A DNA stretch of 64,000 nucleotides from the NCBI GenBank assembly GCA_964016885.1, contig OZ024747.1, forward strand, positions 48,298,001 through 48,362,000, written 5' to 3'. Positions within the stretch are counted from its first letter, which is position 1. Each line of letters opens with the position of its first letter. This document shows, piece by piece, positions 1-14,325 of the stretch. The translations under genes and the position numbers were made by a program. The notes below the pieces were generated by a model. That model worked only from the letters and a program-made list of their open reading frames with translations, was not told the origin of the DNA and searched no databases. Source of the stretch: Eledone cirrhosa (lineage: Eukaryota).

Positions 1-19
1 TGTGTGTGTGTGTGTGTGG

Positions 20-340
20 CAAAAAGTACGTCTACTGTGGCATACTTTTTTCCTCGGGTGATGTGGGTTTTGCGTGCCCAGACGCACTCCAAGGCCTTTT
101 GAATTCGAGCCTCCGTGGCTCTCTCCACCCGATGTGATATTTTGTTTACAGTGCAGTAAGTGAGCGTCCGTAGCTGCTGGTCCTTGAAAAAAATCTGGTG
201 GAGGTTTCATGGAGACTCGTCGATTAGCATTTCTCATCACCACGGCCCTTACGACTGCCATCTCCTTCTCCGTGACTAGCACTGTTTCTAAATTTCGGGC
301 CACACCTGCAAAAGAAGTGGTCCCTTTTTCAGCGGCACCA
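20..340 (-). mobile_element. Possible L1/Tx1-type ORF1 fragment
   Basis: Minus-strand translation QLRTLTYCTVNKISHRVERATEARIQKALECVWARKTHITRGKKYATVDVLF loosely resembles the ORF1 region of the Tx1-like copy near 55330 (RTITNKT...TEIELAL...IRKDRHYGSL). Confidence 0.3.
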
Positions 341-1050
341 CTATTGCTGCCGCTACTGCTGCTACTGGTCTTGTTAGTGGTGCTGGGATCGTTGTTACTG
401 TTGTTGTGGCTGTTGTTATTGTTGTTTTCGTTGATATTGTTGCTGCTGTTATTGTTGTTGTTTTCGTTGATATTGTTGCTGCTGTTATTGTTGCTGTTGC
501 TGTTATTGTTGATACTGTTGTTGTTGTTATTGTTGTTGTTTTCGTTGATACTGTTGCTGTTGTTATTGTTGTTGTTTTCGTTGATATTGTTGCTGCTGTT
601 ATTGTTGTTGTTGCTGTTGTTGTTGATACTGTTGCTGTTGTTATTGTTGTTGTTTTCGTTGATACTGTTGCTGCTGTTACTGTTGTTGTTGTGGCTGTTG
701 TTATTGTTGTTGTTGTTGTTGTGGCTGTTGTTATTGTTGCTGTTGCTGTTGTTGTTGATACTGTTGCTGTTGTTATTGTTCTTGTTTTCGTTGATACTGT
801 TGCTGCTGTTACTGTTGTTGTTGTGGCTGTTGTTATTGTTGTTGTTGTTGTTGTGGCTGTTGTTATTGTTGCTGTTGCTGTTGTTGTTGATACTGTTGCT
901 GTTGTTATTGTTGTTGTTTTCGTTGATACTGTTGCTGCTGTTACTGTTGTTGTTGTTGTGGTTGTTGTTATTGTTGTTGTTGTTGTGGCTGTTGTTATTG
1001 TCATTGTTATTGTCTTTCTCGACCTGTTATTTTCGTTGTTGCTCTTCTTA
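340..1050. repeat. Degenerate (GTT/GCT)n trinucleotide array with higher-order units
   Basis: Recurrent gttgttattgttgttgttttcgttgata(c/t)tgttgctg motifs; source of the poly-L/V/T ORFs. Confidence 0.95.
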
Positions 1051-1057
1051 TTGACGG

Positions 1058-1577
1058 TGTTGATGGCGACGATGATGATGATGATGATGTCGATGATTAT
1101 GATGCTGTTGATGATGGTGGTGGTGATGATGATGATGGTTATGATGATGATCGTGATAATGATCGTGATAATGATTGTGCTGTTGATGATGATGATGATG
1201 ATGTGGATGATGACGATGATAATGATGGTGATGATGGTGATGATTGTAATGGGGATGAAGATGATGGTGATGATGCTGATGATGATGATGGCGATGGTGA
1301 GGATGGTCATGATGATGATTGTCATCATGATGATGGTTATAATGCTGATGATGATGGTGTTGAATGAAGATGATGGTGATGACGATACTGATGATGGTGA
1401 TCATGGTGATGATGATGATGACGATGATTGTAATGGTGATGATGATGCTGAAGATGATGCTGATGGTGGTGGTGATGATGATGATGATGATGACGATGAT
1501 GACGATGATGACGATGATTGTAATGGGATGGTGATGATGATGATGGTAATGATGATAATGGTGATGCTGCTGTTGCT

Positions 1578-1608
<31 letters not shown>

Positions 1609-1670
1609 ATTATGATGTTGATGGTGGTGATGGTGGTGGTGATGGTGGTGATGGTGATGATAATGATGGT
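1058..1670. repeat. Degenerate (GAT/GGT)n trinucleotide array
   Basis: gatgatgat/ggtgat runs; source of the poly-M/D/H ORFs. Confidence 0.95.
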
Positions 1671-2295
1671 AAAAAATCAAATCATAGAAAGACCAAACAA
1701 TGAAGTGAGAAGAAGAAGAAGAAGAAGAAGCGCAGGTTAAATATCACCATAAATTTATTATCCAGGAATGATGATTTCCGTTAATAATCCTAGCTCCCAA
1801 CAATTTGACATAAACCTGCTAAAACTGTCAAATGAATGACTTCATTTATTTAATAAAAAGACAAACAAAAACAAAATATTTGCGGCCGTGTCTTCCGGTG
1901 TTCTTAATTCATATTTTCTATGGAGGCTTCCGGTTAAAAGAAGAACATTTTAGATGGAAAAAAATGATAAATGACTCGAGATTTGTTATTATGTGCAGAT
2001 GTTTTCGCTAATGAATCTACACCCCTTTTCCAATGTGCATTTCTATGTGTTCATATATGTAGTTTTTATTATTCTTATATTCTTTTCTTCAATCATTGGC
2101 CTGCGACCATGCTGGGGCACAGAGCCTTCAAAAGTTTTCAGTCGATTATATCAACCCCAGTGGTTTGTTCAGTATTTATTTGTCCGACCTCGTTAAAAAC
2201 AAAAGGTAAAGCCGCATGTGTCTTAAATAAGACAAACCAATTTTTTCCCATCAAATATCTCCTCAGTAATGTCCCTAAAGCCTTCGTCAAAATTC

Positions 2296-2490
2296 GGCAG
2301 TGATTTGACAGAGTTGTTAACGTGTCGGATGCCTTCGTATTTGTTTGGGTTTACTGCATTCTGAGTTCAAATCCCATCGCGGTTAGATTTTCCTTTCATC
2401 CTTACGAGGTCGATAAAATAAAGTACCAGTAACACATTGCGGTCGATTTAATCGACTTTCCCCTCCCCCAAAATTGCTGGCCTTGTGCTT
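2296..2490 (+). mobile_element. tRNA-derived SINE, family A (diverged)
   Basis: Box B-like gagttcaaatccc, core cctttcatccttacgaggtcgataaaataaagtaccagt (resembles the Meta-type SINE central domain as I recall it), tail gctggccttgtgc; homologous to copies at 19329, 46973 and 56272. Confidence 0.8.
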
Positions 2491-2504
2491 TCATGTTATC
2501 CGAA

Positions 2505-3745
2505 ACATGAAAATCAACATACTGATTGCGGACTTAGTAAGAGTGATGAGGAATGTGTCCCGCATGTGCAGTCCTCGAGAATTACAGAGACGCATACAAC
2601 ACTTTATCCACCTCATGCAGTTCTCTGGCTACATTCAGAGAGACAGGATCAGGGTATATAGAGGAGCCAGGACCAAATAGGCAAAGATTGTAGAAAATGA
2701 TGCAATTGGGACTTGCCACATGTATAGGGCCACATGTATAGGGGCAAATTTTGGAATAAGAATTAAAAAAAAAAAAAAAAAATTTGGAATAAGAATTAAG
2801 AAAAAGACCCCCCAAAAAATCAACTCATGGTATGATAGCCATAAATACCAGAGTGTAATGTTCGATAATGCAAACCTCAGATGCAAACTAGCCTACAGAT
2901 TTAGAAGGGCTCTAGACAAACAAAATAAAATTCTAAGATAGTTGAAAGACCAGGTACTCCCATAAAAGCCCGTTTCAAAAAGCCCTGTACTGATAGGAAA
3001 TGCATAGTCTGCGAACTAAGCCCTCAAACTAACTGCAAAACTAGGAACGTAGTATATAGCATAAGATGTAGTGAGGGACAGTGTAGGAATAAGAACATAA
3101 CATACATAGGTGAAACAGACCGTAGCATGGGAGAAAAGATAGGTGAACATTGGCGAGAACTCTAAGATGGGAAAAACTCATCAGTACTCCACCAAAATGC
3201 GAAGATGGAACATAGGGGCACACTAGAGAACATGGAGATAAAAATGATATCCACAAACAGAAAAGACGCAATGCTCCGACAAATCACAGAGGTGACAAAC
3301 ATAAACGAACTCCAACCAAAATTAAACAGAAAACATGAGTGGAATAGCAACATCACAACTAGTAATTAAGGACAAAATAAAGACATACAGACACACACAA
3401 ATACCAAACTAATAAAACAAACCAGAGACACACAGATAGAACAAACAACCAACTAGTGACAAGTAAACAAACACACACACACACGGATGTAATGCATGCG
3501 CAAACCAAGTACCCAGCACACAACACACAAAAAACATGATGGTGTAGGACAGAACAAAGGGAGACAAAATAAGAAACCAGTCACTGAGGAGGTCACCGAA
3601 TATGTGACGAAAGAGATTTGACAATATATAAGCAACCATCCGGTTATTGACCCAACCAACTGGAAATTTATAATAAATTGAAGTGAAAACCAACAGGTGC
3701 GTGTGTTTTTATTGGCAACATGACCCTCCCAAAGTATAACAAAAA
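2505..3745 (+). mobile_element. Penelope-like element 3' part (Naiad-like): RT thumb, Zn linker, GIY-YIG and pLTR; decayed
   Basis: ILIADLVRVMRNVS...HFIHLMQFSGY; PCTDRKCIVC; RNVVYSIRC...YIGET..R..EH..SVLHQ..EH..RQITE..LNRKHEW; frameshifted; paralog at 34912-35716. Confidence 0.8.
3580..3622 (+). ncRNA. Minimal type-I hammerhead ribozyme in PLE pLTR
   Basis: gtca-CTGAGGA-g-gtcac(cgaatat)gtgac-GAAA-gaga-TT-tgac; stems I and II pair, stem III vestigial. Confidence 0.65.
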
Positions 3746-4554
3746 ATGTAAATTTCTCCACCCTAACATTTGAATTTTGACAGTTTTTATGCTAATTATG
3801 CGGCGTATTAACAGAGTTGTTAGAAGGTTGGATAGAATGCTTTGTAAAGCCGCCGAAGTCAAAATTGACTCTCATTCTCTCGATATTGATAAATTTAACA
3901 AATCAGTAGTGGGCGTTGGTTCTTCCTACATATCCTTCTCACTCACTTTTTTATTTCCCTGGAAGAAATCTACTGTGTACAGACCTGGCGAAGGATGGGT
4001 TCCACCAGATTTAAACTGCTCAAGAGACGATGGTGACCCATATAACTTTATTGGGAGTTAAGGAACCGTGACATAGTATGACATACTATTAAAAAAATGC
4101 GGGAATCATTAGACGATAGACAGTAACAAATATCACATAGTCTACACACGTGATATAAAAACATAAAAATGTTCAAATTTTTCACTTTGTCATTTGTTGA
4201 GTTCTACAGGAAATGGATGAAAACCATGTTAATAACATTTTACTCCCAGGAAACGTAAGAAATAATTAACTAATTAGTTTCTTGTTAAAGGAAATTATTT
4301 TAGATCGATTCAATATAACATTTGAAGGGTAACGAGTCGATCTGGGATAATATTTCAAATTACATTAAATAAATAAATTTTATTATTTCCTGCAAAGTTA
4401 AACCTACATTTCTTTACCAATAATAAAATAACACAAAACTGATTGAAAGTAAAATCAAACAAACAATGTTTTCTTTTTAATATTTCATACATACATACAC
4501 GATGGCCATTGCACAAAAAAAAAAAAAAATATTAATAATAATAATAATAGTGAT

Positions 4555-7500
4555 TTCATTTATTGGCCACAAGGGCCGACATATAGGGGATAATACAAAA
4601 GACAGGGACAGTGGGGCTTTACATATACAACGTGTAAACAATATAAATAACATAACAAAGTAACAAGAAAATACAACAAGAAAAATTCCCCAATAAGGGG
4701 GATGACCACCCAGGGTTCACAAAGGTACTCCACCAATCCTGAACGACCCGACGCTTTGACAGCATCCGGGAAGGGCACCCCTCTACTCCTCAAATTTACC
4801 CACCTGCAAGCGCATGATCAGAGTAGGTCCACTCACACGGGCCATTCTCGCTACATTCACCCACCTTTCAGCAAATGTACTGGGGGGGGGGGGGGGGGGC
4901 AGCACTTCTCTCTCCACCCTCACCTTCCTTTCCAAGTGAAACTTGAAAAAGTTGATGAGGGATTGGCCGAAGAGAAAAGTGTCTGTCTTCAGTCCTTTCA
5001 ACCTTGTCCACCATACAACCTCTATCACTACTGCCACCAGACAGGGTCGATCTTCACTATGGACTCGGTCGATAGCCGGATCCGTTCTACACGCGACAAC
5101 AGCAGTTCGACATAACTCCACAAGTCAGTAATGCACGGACACTGGACTAGTGCGTGCAGAACGGTTTCGTCGCTCTGCGCGCATCTCGAGCACGACCGTC
5201 TGACAGCACTTCCGTGCTTGTAGAGTTTATCTCGAACCGGCAGTGTCCCCCGGTAGCACTGCCAAGCGAGGGATTTTTGGAAATTATCCATCGTCCCAGG
5301 CTCGAAAGTCCTCCAGAACAGACTGGTTAGTTCGACTTCGTCGACGCCCAAAGCCTCTCTGAATGCGTCGTCGCACTTGCCCACCACTAATCCTCTATAG
5401 AACTCGAGAGTGGAAGTTCCATTGACCGCATTGCCCGCCTGGTAGAGGGCAATGAGTGCCTGGCAACATTCCAGATGACAGTCACCCAGTCTTGGTCTCT
5501 TCTTGACCCAGGACTGCAACTCAGTCAAAGAGACGAGCTGCGGAAAACCCGTCTGACAAACGGCGACCACATCTGTTCACCGTTTAGGCAGAATATCTGG
5601 AGATGCCGCAGCCTCAGTGCATCATTAGCCACGGCATTCCCAGCCCTCTATGTAGAGGGTGCTGGTAGCAGATGGACAACCTCACCAACGGAACCTGACC
5701 CCTCCACAAGAATTTGAAGAGGAGCCGTTCTAAGTTGGCGAGGCGCGAACGGGGGCAAAGAACGACGGTCAGGCGGTAGTAGATGACGGACGCGATGTAC
5801 GCGTTCGCCACCTCCGCCCGACCATTCAGTGATAGCTTCCTCGCAGCCCATTTCTGAGTGAGACTGGCTACCCTGACCGTCACCTCGTCCCAATTCTTAT
5901 CCACCTTGAGGTCTGACCCGAACCAAATCCCGAGAAACTTTACCGGTCCGTCCATCCAGCGCCCAACGACGCTGTTGGACGGCATGGACTTGCCTCTCCA
6001 GGCTCCAGAGTCAATACGTACAGAGGGTGGGTGGGGTGGGGGGAGGGGTGGAGAGAGAGCACCCTTGACAGACCGATCGGGAGATCTGAAACGGTTCCGA
6101 GAGGTGGCCATTAACTTTGACCACCGAGCAGATGCCGCTGTGCATTGCAGAGATCCAACTTCTGAAGACGGGGCCGAAGCCAGCCGCCTTGAGGACAGCC
6201 TCCAAGTACCGATCGTCGACCCTATCGAATGATTTCGATTGATCTAAATTGATCAGAGCCCTCTCTATGATGTATCGCATGAGGTTGTGGTTGTCGTGTA
6301 TGGACCTGGTTGGGATTGCGCAAGTTTGCGCCTCCCCAACCAAATCCTCGACGACAAGCACCAACTTCTTCGCTAACACCTTGGCCAAAATCTTAAACTC
6401 TGTGTTGAGCAGAGTTATGGGCCTGAAATTGTCTAATGTGTCCCTCTTGTTCTCATCTTTCCTTATCAGCGTCACTATGTCCCGGCTCACAGAACTGGGA
6501 TTACTCCCGTTCTGCTGCCAATTGCAGTAGAGCGCTTTGAGATCGGAGAACAAGTCTGGTATATTTACGTAAAGCTCGTAGGGCAGACCATCCAAACCGG
6601 GTGACTTGCGCCTCATGCAGCCGACAAGGGCATCCTGAATCTCGGCTGAAGTAATCGGCCTTTCGCAGCGCTCAGCATCGGCCGCCGAGAGTTGCGGCAA
6701 GCCATCGAGGTAGGGACTGAAGTCCGCCACCGTCTCTGACCCTCCACTTCCCCCGAACAAACGAGCAAAATGTTGGCGAAAGGCCTCACACATCCGCTTG
6801 GAATCGCTCAGCTCGTGTCCATCTCGGTCTGTCAAAGACCGAATCGTGGTTTTATTACCACGCTGCGCCTCTGCCATGTGGGCCCATCGAACAGCTTTGG
6901 TTCCCTCATTTCTCAGAACACGCGCCTTAGCTCTGACAATGCAACCTTCGTGTTTCGCATTGAAGAAATGGTCTAATGCCATTCTCGCCGCTAGCACGTT
7001 AGTTGCAATGCCACTACCAATAGCCTCGTCTAACTTATCTACCAACTCCCCCTCCTTTCTATTTTTCTCTAACGCTACTTTGCTAAACCCTATCGACATT
7101 ACTCTAATCTCTCTTTTGGGAGCCTCCCACCATCTATTGTTGACGACTCCCCTGTCAACTTTTTCTTAACTAAATTGTTGCCTTACGTGCCGGAAATGAC
7201 ATGTTCAACTTCCAGTAACCAGGTCCTAACCTACGCGTCTTATCTAGGTCGACCATACAGATCACAAATTTGTGATCTGAATAGGCGACCGTTTCAAAAC
7301 GTGGACAGCTTACACTATTTCTGTCTATTTTTCCTAATAAATATCCTGCTTATATACGATCTAGATGACCCTATGCGGTTAGTCCAGGTCCACAGTGGCG
7401 TATTAGGGAAATCTAGTCGGTACCTGTCAGACAGTTGGAACTGGTTGATCAGGTACTTGAGGCTTTTGCACCCCCGCTCCTATCGGATACTCCCACACAG

Positions 7501-8972
7501 TCCCAGCGTGCGTCTAAGGTGCCGTTCCAGTCCCCCGCTAACAGTAAAGGGCGAGACGTATCCAGAAAGGCTTCCGGCCACCAGTCTAAAGGCACCACCT
7601 TCGTTATTATTCACCTCCAGGACCACCAACTTACCGTCTGGGTCCCGGATTTAAAATTTCCCCTCTTTTTGTATTTCTTCACTTCGTACTACGAGGGCCA
7701 TCAGTTCTTTGTTGGACCTCCTGACGAGCACGAAGTTTTGTATGTTTTGTTGGTGTGAATTTATTTGTTTGCGTGGCTGTGGTGGGGATGGTTTTGATGG
7801 TGTTGTTTCGGTTGTGTCTGTGTTTATTGTGTCTGTGGTTTCAGATGTTTGCGTGTGTATTTGTTCTTGCGTCTGTTTAGGTTGTTTGCGTTTAGGAGAT
7901 GGTGATAGTGATGGTGGTGTTGATGTTGGTATTTTGGGGGAGATGTTTGCGTGGGTTGGGTGGTGCCAGCATTTTTTATTGTGGGTGTTTTTGTGCTTTG
8001 TTGAGTTTTTTTTTTCTTTTTTGTGTTCCATTTTTGTATTTTGGGGGATTTGGGTTTTCCCTCATCTTCACTACTGGAAGATGAGGAGTCTGTGTCTGCA
8101 AGTGTGTCTCTGTCTGTGTGTGTGTTTATGTTTTTATTGATGTGTGTATTTTTTTTTTGGGGGGGGGGAGGGGGAATTTGACAACTTTCCTCGTTTCCCC
8201 CCTGGGTGGTCAATGTTGGTGGTGGTCTTTCTATTGATGTTGTTGCTGGTGGTTTTGCTGGTGCTGGTGTTGGTTGTGGTCCTCGTCCCGGCGTCGGCAG
8301 CCGTGGAGCCCTTCGACCCCTTGCATCTTTCAGCAGATGAGGGTAGAAAGCTCGCAAATGGGTTTTTTCCCCACAAACGATACAATGCAGCCTTTTGCCC
8401 TCCCTCAGTCATAATGTGAATTACTGTCCCGTTCTGAAGACGGATGTGGTCCAGGATTGTTTTGACATTCTCCGGTCTGATCTGGAGAAGTATCTCCAGG
8501 TCAACCCCGGATCAGTCATATCTGGCAGTTCTTGTTACTTCTATCGCGACGGTATCCGGACACATCCCAGAAGCCACCACATGTCAACTCCTGGTGGGAT
8601 TCTGGGAATGCGGAGACGGGCCGTTATTTTTCCCATGTGGGAGGGGTACATATATGATTCCAGTTCCTCAGAGGAATAACAACACAACCAGGATCTGGAC
8701 ATATCGATGTATTGACGGAGTAAAACACACTTCAACAACATGTGTACCTGTCTTTCCCACACCAATTTGGACTGCCTGAAGAGGTCACAGCCAATGATGG
8801 CTGTCACCGAAATATATATAGCAGTATATCTATAATTTATAATAAACGAAGCCAAATTTTACATATTTGACTTAATTATTTTACGTTACTCCGGAGTAAA
8901 CAAACCAACCTGAATACTTCGTCGAGTGCTCCAATCTGCATACAGAGGTGTCGGTAAACAACCAACATATAC
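4555..8972 (-). mobile_element. L1/Tx1-clade LINE, near full length, decayed
   Basis: ORF1 remnant with degenerate CCHC knuckle (~8350-8420); ORF2 with APE (~7650-7200), RT (KSPGLDGLPYE, NFRPITLLNTEFKILAK, DQSKSFDRV, VCQGCSLS) and C-terminal CSRC..ETVLHALVQC; several frameshifts. Confidence 0.9.
6011..7099 (-). pseudogene. Tx1-like ORF2 reverse transcriptase fragment
   Basis: 362-aa ORF carrying the N-terminal RT motifs, ending in a frameshift/deletion before the catalytic DD motif. Confidence 0.85.
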
Positions 8973-9057
8973 TAAAAATAAAAAAATAAAAAAATAAAAA
9001 AATAAAAAAATAAAAAAATAAAAAAATAAAAAAATAAAAAAATAAAAAAATAAAAAA
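8973..9057. repeat. (TAAAAAAA)n 8-bp microsatellite
   Basis: About 10 perfect units. Confidence 0.95.
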
Positions 9058-9176
9058 TATATATGTATGTGCCTGTATATACATATATATGTATATGTGT
9101 GTATGTATGTATATGTATGTGTGTATGCATGTATGTGTATGTATGTGTGTGTATATATATATATATGTGTGTGTGT

Positions 9177-9210
<34 letters not shown>

Positions 9211-9495
9211 TTAGAAGGTAATCAGGACACAAACAAGAGGAGAAAAGTTTCCCTTCATCAGCTGTTTACTACGGATCTTGGATGTTTCGGCGCTTAAAAC
9301 AGAACATCAATCGGTAGTGCGCCCATGGCCTTTTATCCATCAAAAAGCCATGTGGGAAAGAAGTGATAGTGGAGAGAGAGGAAGAAAGAAAAAGGGAAGA
9401 AGAAAAAAAAGGGGAAAAAAGGAAAAAACGAAGTAAACATACCGATAGAAGGGGGAACACAGGACAATGGCACGTGTATGTGAGTAACCGAAGGT

Positions 9496-9635
<140 letters not shown>

Positions 9636-9669
9636 ATGTGTGTATCTAAATATGTGTGCGTGTGTGATT

Positions 9670-10186
<517 letters not shown>

Positions 10187-10369
10187 CACACATATATACA
10201 CACATATATATACACACATATATATACATACACACATATATACATGTATACACACATATATATATACACATACATATATATACATACATATACATACACC
10301 CACACACACACACACATACATACCCCCTACACGCATACATATACACACATATATATTAACAATTAATGG

Positions 10370-13300
10370 TGCTGCGATTGAATGTGGCTTTTTAGCCCAG
10401 CCAATGATCTAAAATGCCTTGCACAGAGTTGGCAACCAAAACATTCACTGGCAATTGCCGGCTGTGGTTGGTTTTCATGTACTTTTGCATGTCGCTTGAG
10501 CCCTCCTGCTGATCTACGCTCTCTTCCACATGCTTGACATGTATGATGAGTAGCATCTTCGACAGCAGCCTAGTAGTCAACCACTGGTCTTACTTTATGA
10601 CTGCGAAGATGACTTTCGAGTTCAGCTTTGCTGCGGCAGAGTCTCGCACAGACGCTGCACATCAGCGCCATAGGAGGACCTTCACTGTCTGGAAATGCAA
10701 TAGCAAATGCCTTTCCTCACATTCCTTTTTACTTTCTCGTATGCGATTCGAGATGCCTCAAAGGCAACTTTTCCCTCATATACAGTCTTTCTCCATTTAT
10801 TACGATCAGCAGCTACATTTTCCCATGTATCAGCAGAGATGTTAGCGTCTTTCAAAGACGTGGAGGTCGTTTTCCTTTAACTAACTCTCCATAAAAGAGT
10901 TGTTTTGGTATTCTAGAATCTTTCATCCTGGCAAGGTGATCACTCCATCGGAATCTTTGCTTAAGCGTAAGAGCTTCTATACTTACACATAGAGAGCCTT
11001 CCAAAATCTTGACATCACTGATGTGGTCCCTCCAGTGGACGCCATGGATTCGTCTGAGACACATCTGATGGAACACTCCAATTGTTTAAGGTGGTGTTGA
11101 TTTGTGACACAGGTCTCGCAGGCATAAAGAAGAGAAGAGAGCACACATGCCTTGTACACCTTTACCTTTGTCTTGCATATGTCTCGCCGAACCCAGAGGC
11201 GCCTTTCTAGCTTTCCGAAAGCATCATTTGCTTTCCTAATCATGAGTGGAATTTCATTATCAAGATTGCTTTATCGATTGACAGTGCTTCCCAGATAGAC
11301 AAACTGATCAACCATTCGAAATCGCTTACCATACATAGATATTTAGTTCACTGTACTGCTTACCAGGGTTACTGCTTACGACGGTTTTCTTGAGACTGAC
11401 AGTCAATGCAAGCATCAGAAAATGCATTCAAAATGTGCTGCATATCAATTTCTGTGTGCGCTAGAAGATCGCAATCATCTGCATACAAGAGGTCTCTTAA
11501 GATTGAGGTAAATACTTTTGTTTTTGCAGCAAAGCGCCTGATGTTAAATATGCTGCCAAAGGTTCGATTGTAGATGTAAACACCATGCTCGCAATTCCTG
11601 AATGCAATATAGAAAACCATCGCAAATGGCAAACAGGGTCGGTGCTGGAATATCCCCCTGTTTCACCCCATTCTTCACTGAGAGATGTTCAGATATATTA
11701 CCTCTGACATTAACCCAAGCCTTCCAGCACGAAAACCAGATTGACTTTCAGGAAGAACACAGTCTGCAATATGTCTCAGCAGACGTTCCAGAAGCACTCT
11801 ACATAACATTTTTCCTACGACAGAAAGCAATGATATACCGCTGTAGTCTCCCCAATCATTCTTATTACCCTTTCCCTTGTACAAGACTATCATTACTGTA
11901 TCTCTCCAGTCCTCAGGTACGGATTCACTAGCCCATATCCTGCCAAACAAAGAGTGAAGATCTCGCAGAAGTCTCTCACCACCATATTGTAAGAGCTCTG
12001 CATGTATGCCATCCATAGCTGGAGGCCTTCCACTATTCAGCTTCGAGATAGCTACTGCAACCTCCTCAAACGTCGGTGGCTCTGCGAGAGCTACTTTCAC
12101 AGAACTTTCTGGAATGAGATTAAGGAAATCTTCATTGACGACAGACGGCTGATTGAAAAGTTCATCAAAGTGCTCTCGCCACCTTCGCAGAATTCACTCC
12201 CTGTGAGTCACGAAGAAGTTCCTTGCTATCCCTGCTGCGAAGCGGTGTCACCAAAGAAGAAGACGGTCCATAAACTTCACGCAAGAGACTGTACAACAGC
12301 TTTGTGTTATTGGAATCTGATGCAGCTTGTATCTCATCAGCTTTCTCACTCCACCACTTATCCATCATCTGAGAAAGCCTCCGCCTCACACGTGATTTCA
12401 CATCTTTGAGTTTCTTATGCAACATATTCTTCTCCTGTGGCGTTGCTGACAAGTAGCGTAACAGAGCACGCTTCTTATCAGCCAACAATTCATCTATATG
12501 TTCATCATTTTCAGTCTTGATGCTTTCTCTGCACCAATCCCAGAACACGCCTGCCTACATCATAAACCGACTTTTTAAGGGTCGGCCAATCCTCACCAAA
12601 ATCTGCAACATGCATCTTTTCTCGCAATGTCCTCTTCACACTATTATCTCTAAGACGAGTAGCATTCAGTATTCTAGGCAGGGTAACACCAGGAGCCCGG
12701 ATTTTACGTTTAGTGATTAGTTTTACTTTTGCACGTACCAGGAGGTGGTCCGTCCATCACTCAGCCCCACGAAGAACACGAACACACTGCACACCCCGTC
12801 TGTCACGCACCCTGACAAGGATATAGCCCAGAAGATGCCATTCTTTAGATGGAGGGTGCATCCATGTGGTCTCAAATTTGTTCTTTTGCTGAAACATGGT
12901 GTTGGTAACACACAGATCCAGCTCCTCTCACATCTGCAGCAGAAGCATACCATTGATGTTACACTTTCCCACCCCATGGCTTCCGATTACATTCCATGTG
13001 TTAAAATCCCTACCCACTCTAACATTAAAGTCACCAAGCACGATGACCTTGTCTGCCTGAGATATATTTCTTATAACACCTTTCAAAGCATGTTAGAAAG
13101 ACACTTTTTCCTCATAAACAGAATTCATAGTTGGAGCATAGATACTCACGAGGGTTGCATATCTTCCTTTGTCCAGCGAAATTCTCATGACCATAAGACG
13201 CTCATTAATCCCTACTGGGAATTCTTCCAATTTATCTCTAAGAGCAGTCTTAACAGCAAATGCTACCCCAGCCTCTCTTCTAATTCCTTCATCTCTCCCT

Positions 13301-13720
13301 TTCCAGAAGAATGTATATTTTCCAAAAAATTCTGTAAGACCATCTCCAGCTAACCTCGTCTCGGATAAAGCAACGATGTCAAAATCGTAACGACGAAGCT
13401 CCTTTGCAACAAGAGCGGTCCTTCGTTCAGGACGTTCTGAGAATTCCCTGTCAAGCAGTGTCCGTACGTTCCAACAGCCAATATTCAATGTTTTGTTTGG
13501 TTCTATCACAGTGGCACGATCATGGGCGGGCCCAGGCTGTGATACCCTGGCACCCCTGCCAGGCCAGGCCCTTTCACCTGGTGTGGTTACAGAGCTCTTA
13601 TTGCCAATTATCTCTTTTATACTGTTTTGGAACATCATTGAATTGGTTGCTTTTTAAGGCTAGCCAGCCGTTCAGTAGAATAAAATAAAATAATAATAAC
13701 ACTATTAATAATTATTAATT
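10370..13720 (-). mobile_element. RTE LINE, decayed paralog of the 23440-27632 element
   Basis: Colinear fragments (WNVRTLLD, LSETR, LLYADD, terminal LAGLKSHI) with many frameshifts and internal deletions. Confidence 0.92.
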
Positions 13721-13721
13721 A

Positions 13722-14325
13722 ATGGTTTCTTTATTAACCACGAGTGTTGATATAACATTAAGGACAGCACAAGACGGTACAGGACGGTACAGGACGGTAC
13801 AGGACGGTACAAATGGGCATTTCTGCGTGTAAAGAAAAAAACAAAGAAAATGACAAAAAAGAAACAAAGGAAAATTCCCCAATAGGGGGAGACTCCCGAG
13901 GGACACTCGTAGAGAAAGCCCATTAAAAAAGCCACCAGGGCAAGTGCCCTCTCCCAGTTTTCCACCTTCAATTTACTGGCGCATACTCAGAGCAGGCACA
14001 TTCACTGGAGCCATTCTTGCCTCTCTCACCCATCTTTCAACAAAATTCTGGGAAGAGAACACTTCCCTCTCCACCTTGATTTTCCTTTTCAAATGAAATT
14101 TGAAAAAGTTAATCAGGGATTCGCCGGAGAGGAAAGTGCTCGTCTTCAGCCCTTTCAAATGCGTCCACCACACGATCTCTTCCGCCATGGTCACCAGGCA
14201 GATAAAAACTGCCTGCCCTTCCTGACTAAAGGAAGACAGCGGGGAAAACCTCACGATCGACTCAGCTGATAGCCGGATCCGTCCTACACGCGACAGCAGG
14301 TGTTCGACATAAACCCACAAGTCAG
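13722..14325 (-). mobile_element. L1/Tx1 3' fragment inserted in the RTE 5' UTR
   Basis: WVYVEHLLSRVGRIRLSAESIV...FFKFHLKRKIKVERE matches the ORF2 C-terminus at ~4800-5150 and 58200-58500; the 3' UTR contains (AGGACGGTAC)x3-4. Confidence 0.85.

Noticed and set aside
209-1740. Long poly-L/T/V/M/H ORFs
   Set aside because: Stop-free frames of GTT/GAT trinucleotide repeats, open in several frames on both strands.
2980-3130. Selenocysteine (UGA) recoding, as in some Naiad PLEs
   Set aside because: The Cys positions visible in both copies are TGT/TGC (one decayed to GGT), with no in-frame TGA.
3945-4045. Possible minus-strand exon ending in |gtgagt
   Set aside because: The best acceptor leads to stops in all frames and the peptide is not recognisable.
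9240-9330. Minus-strand ggcgc..gcgcc-GAAA-catc...CTGATGA, similar to 48395-48435
   Set aside because: The motif order and pairing do not give a consistent type I, II or III hammerhead.
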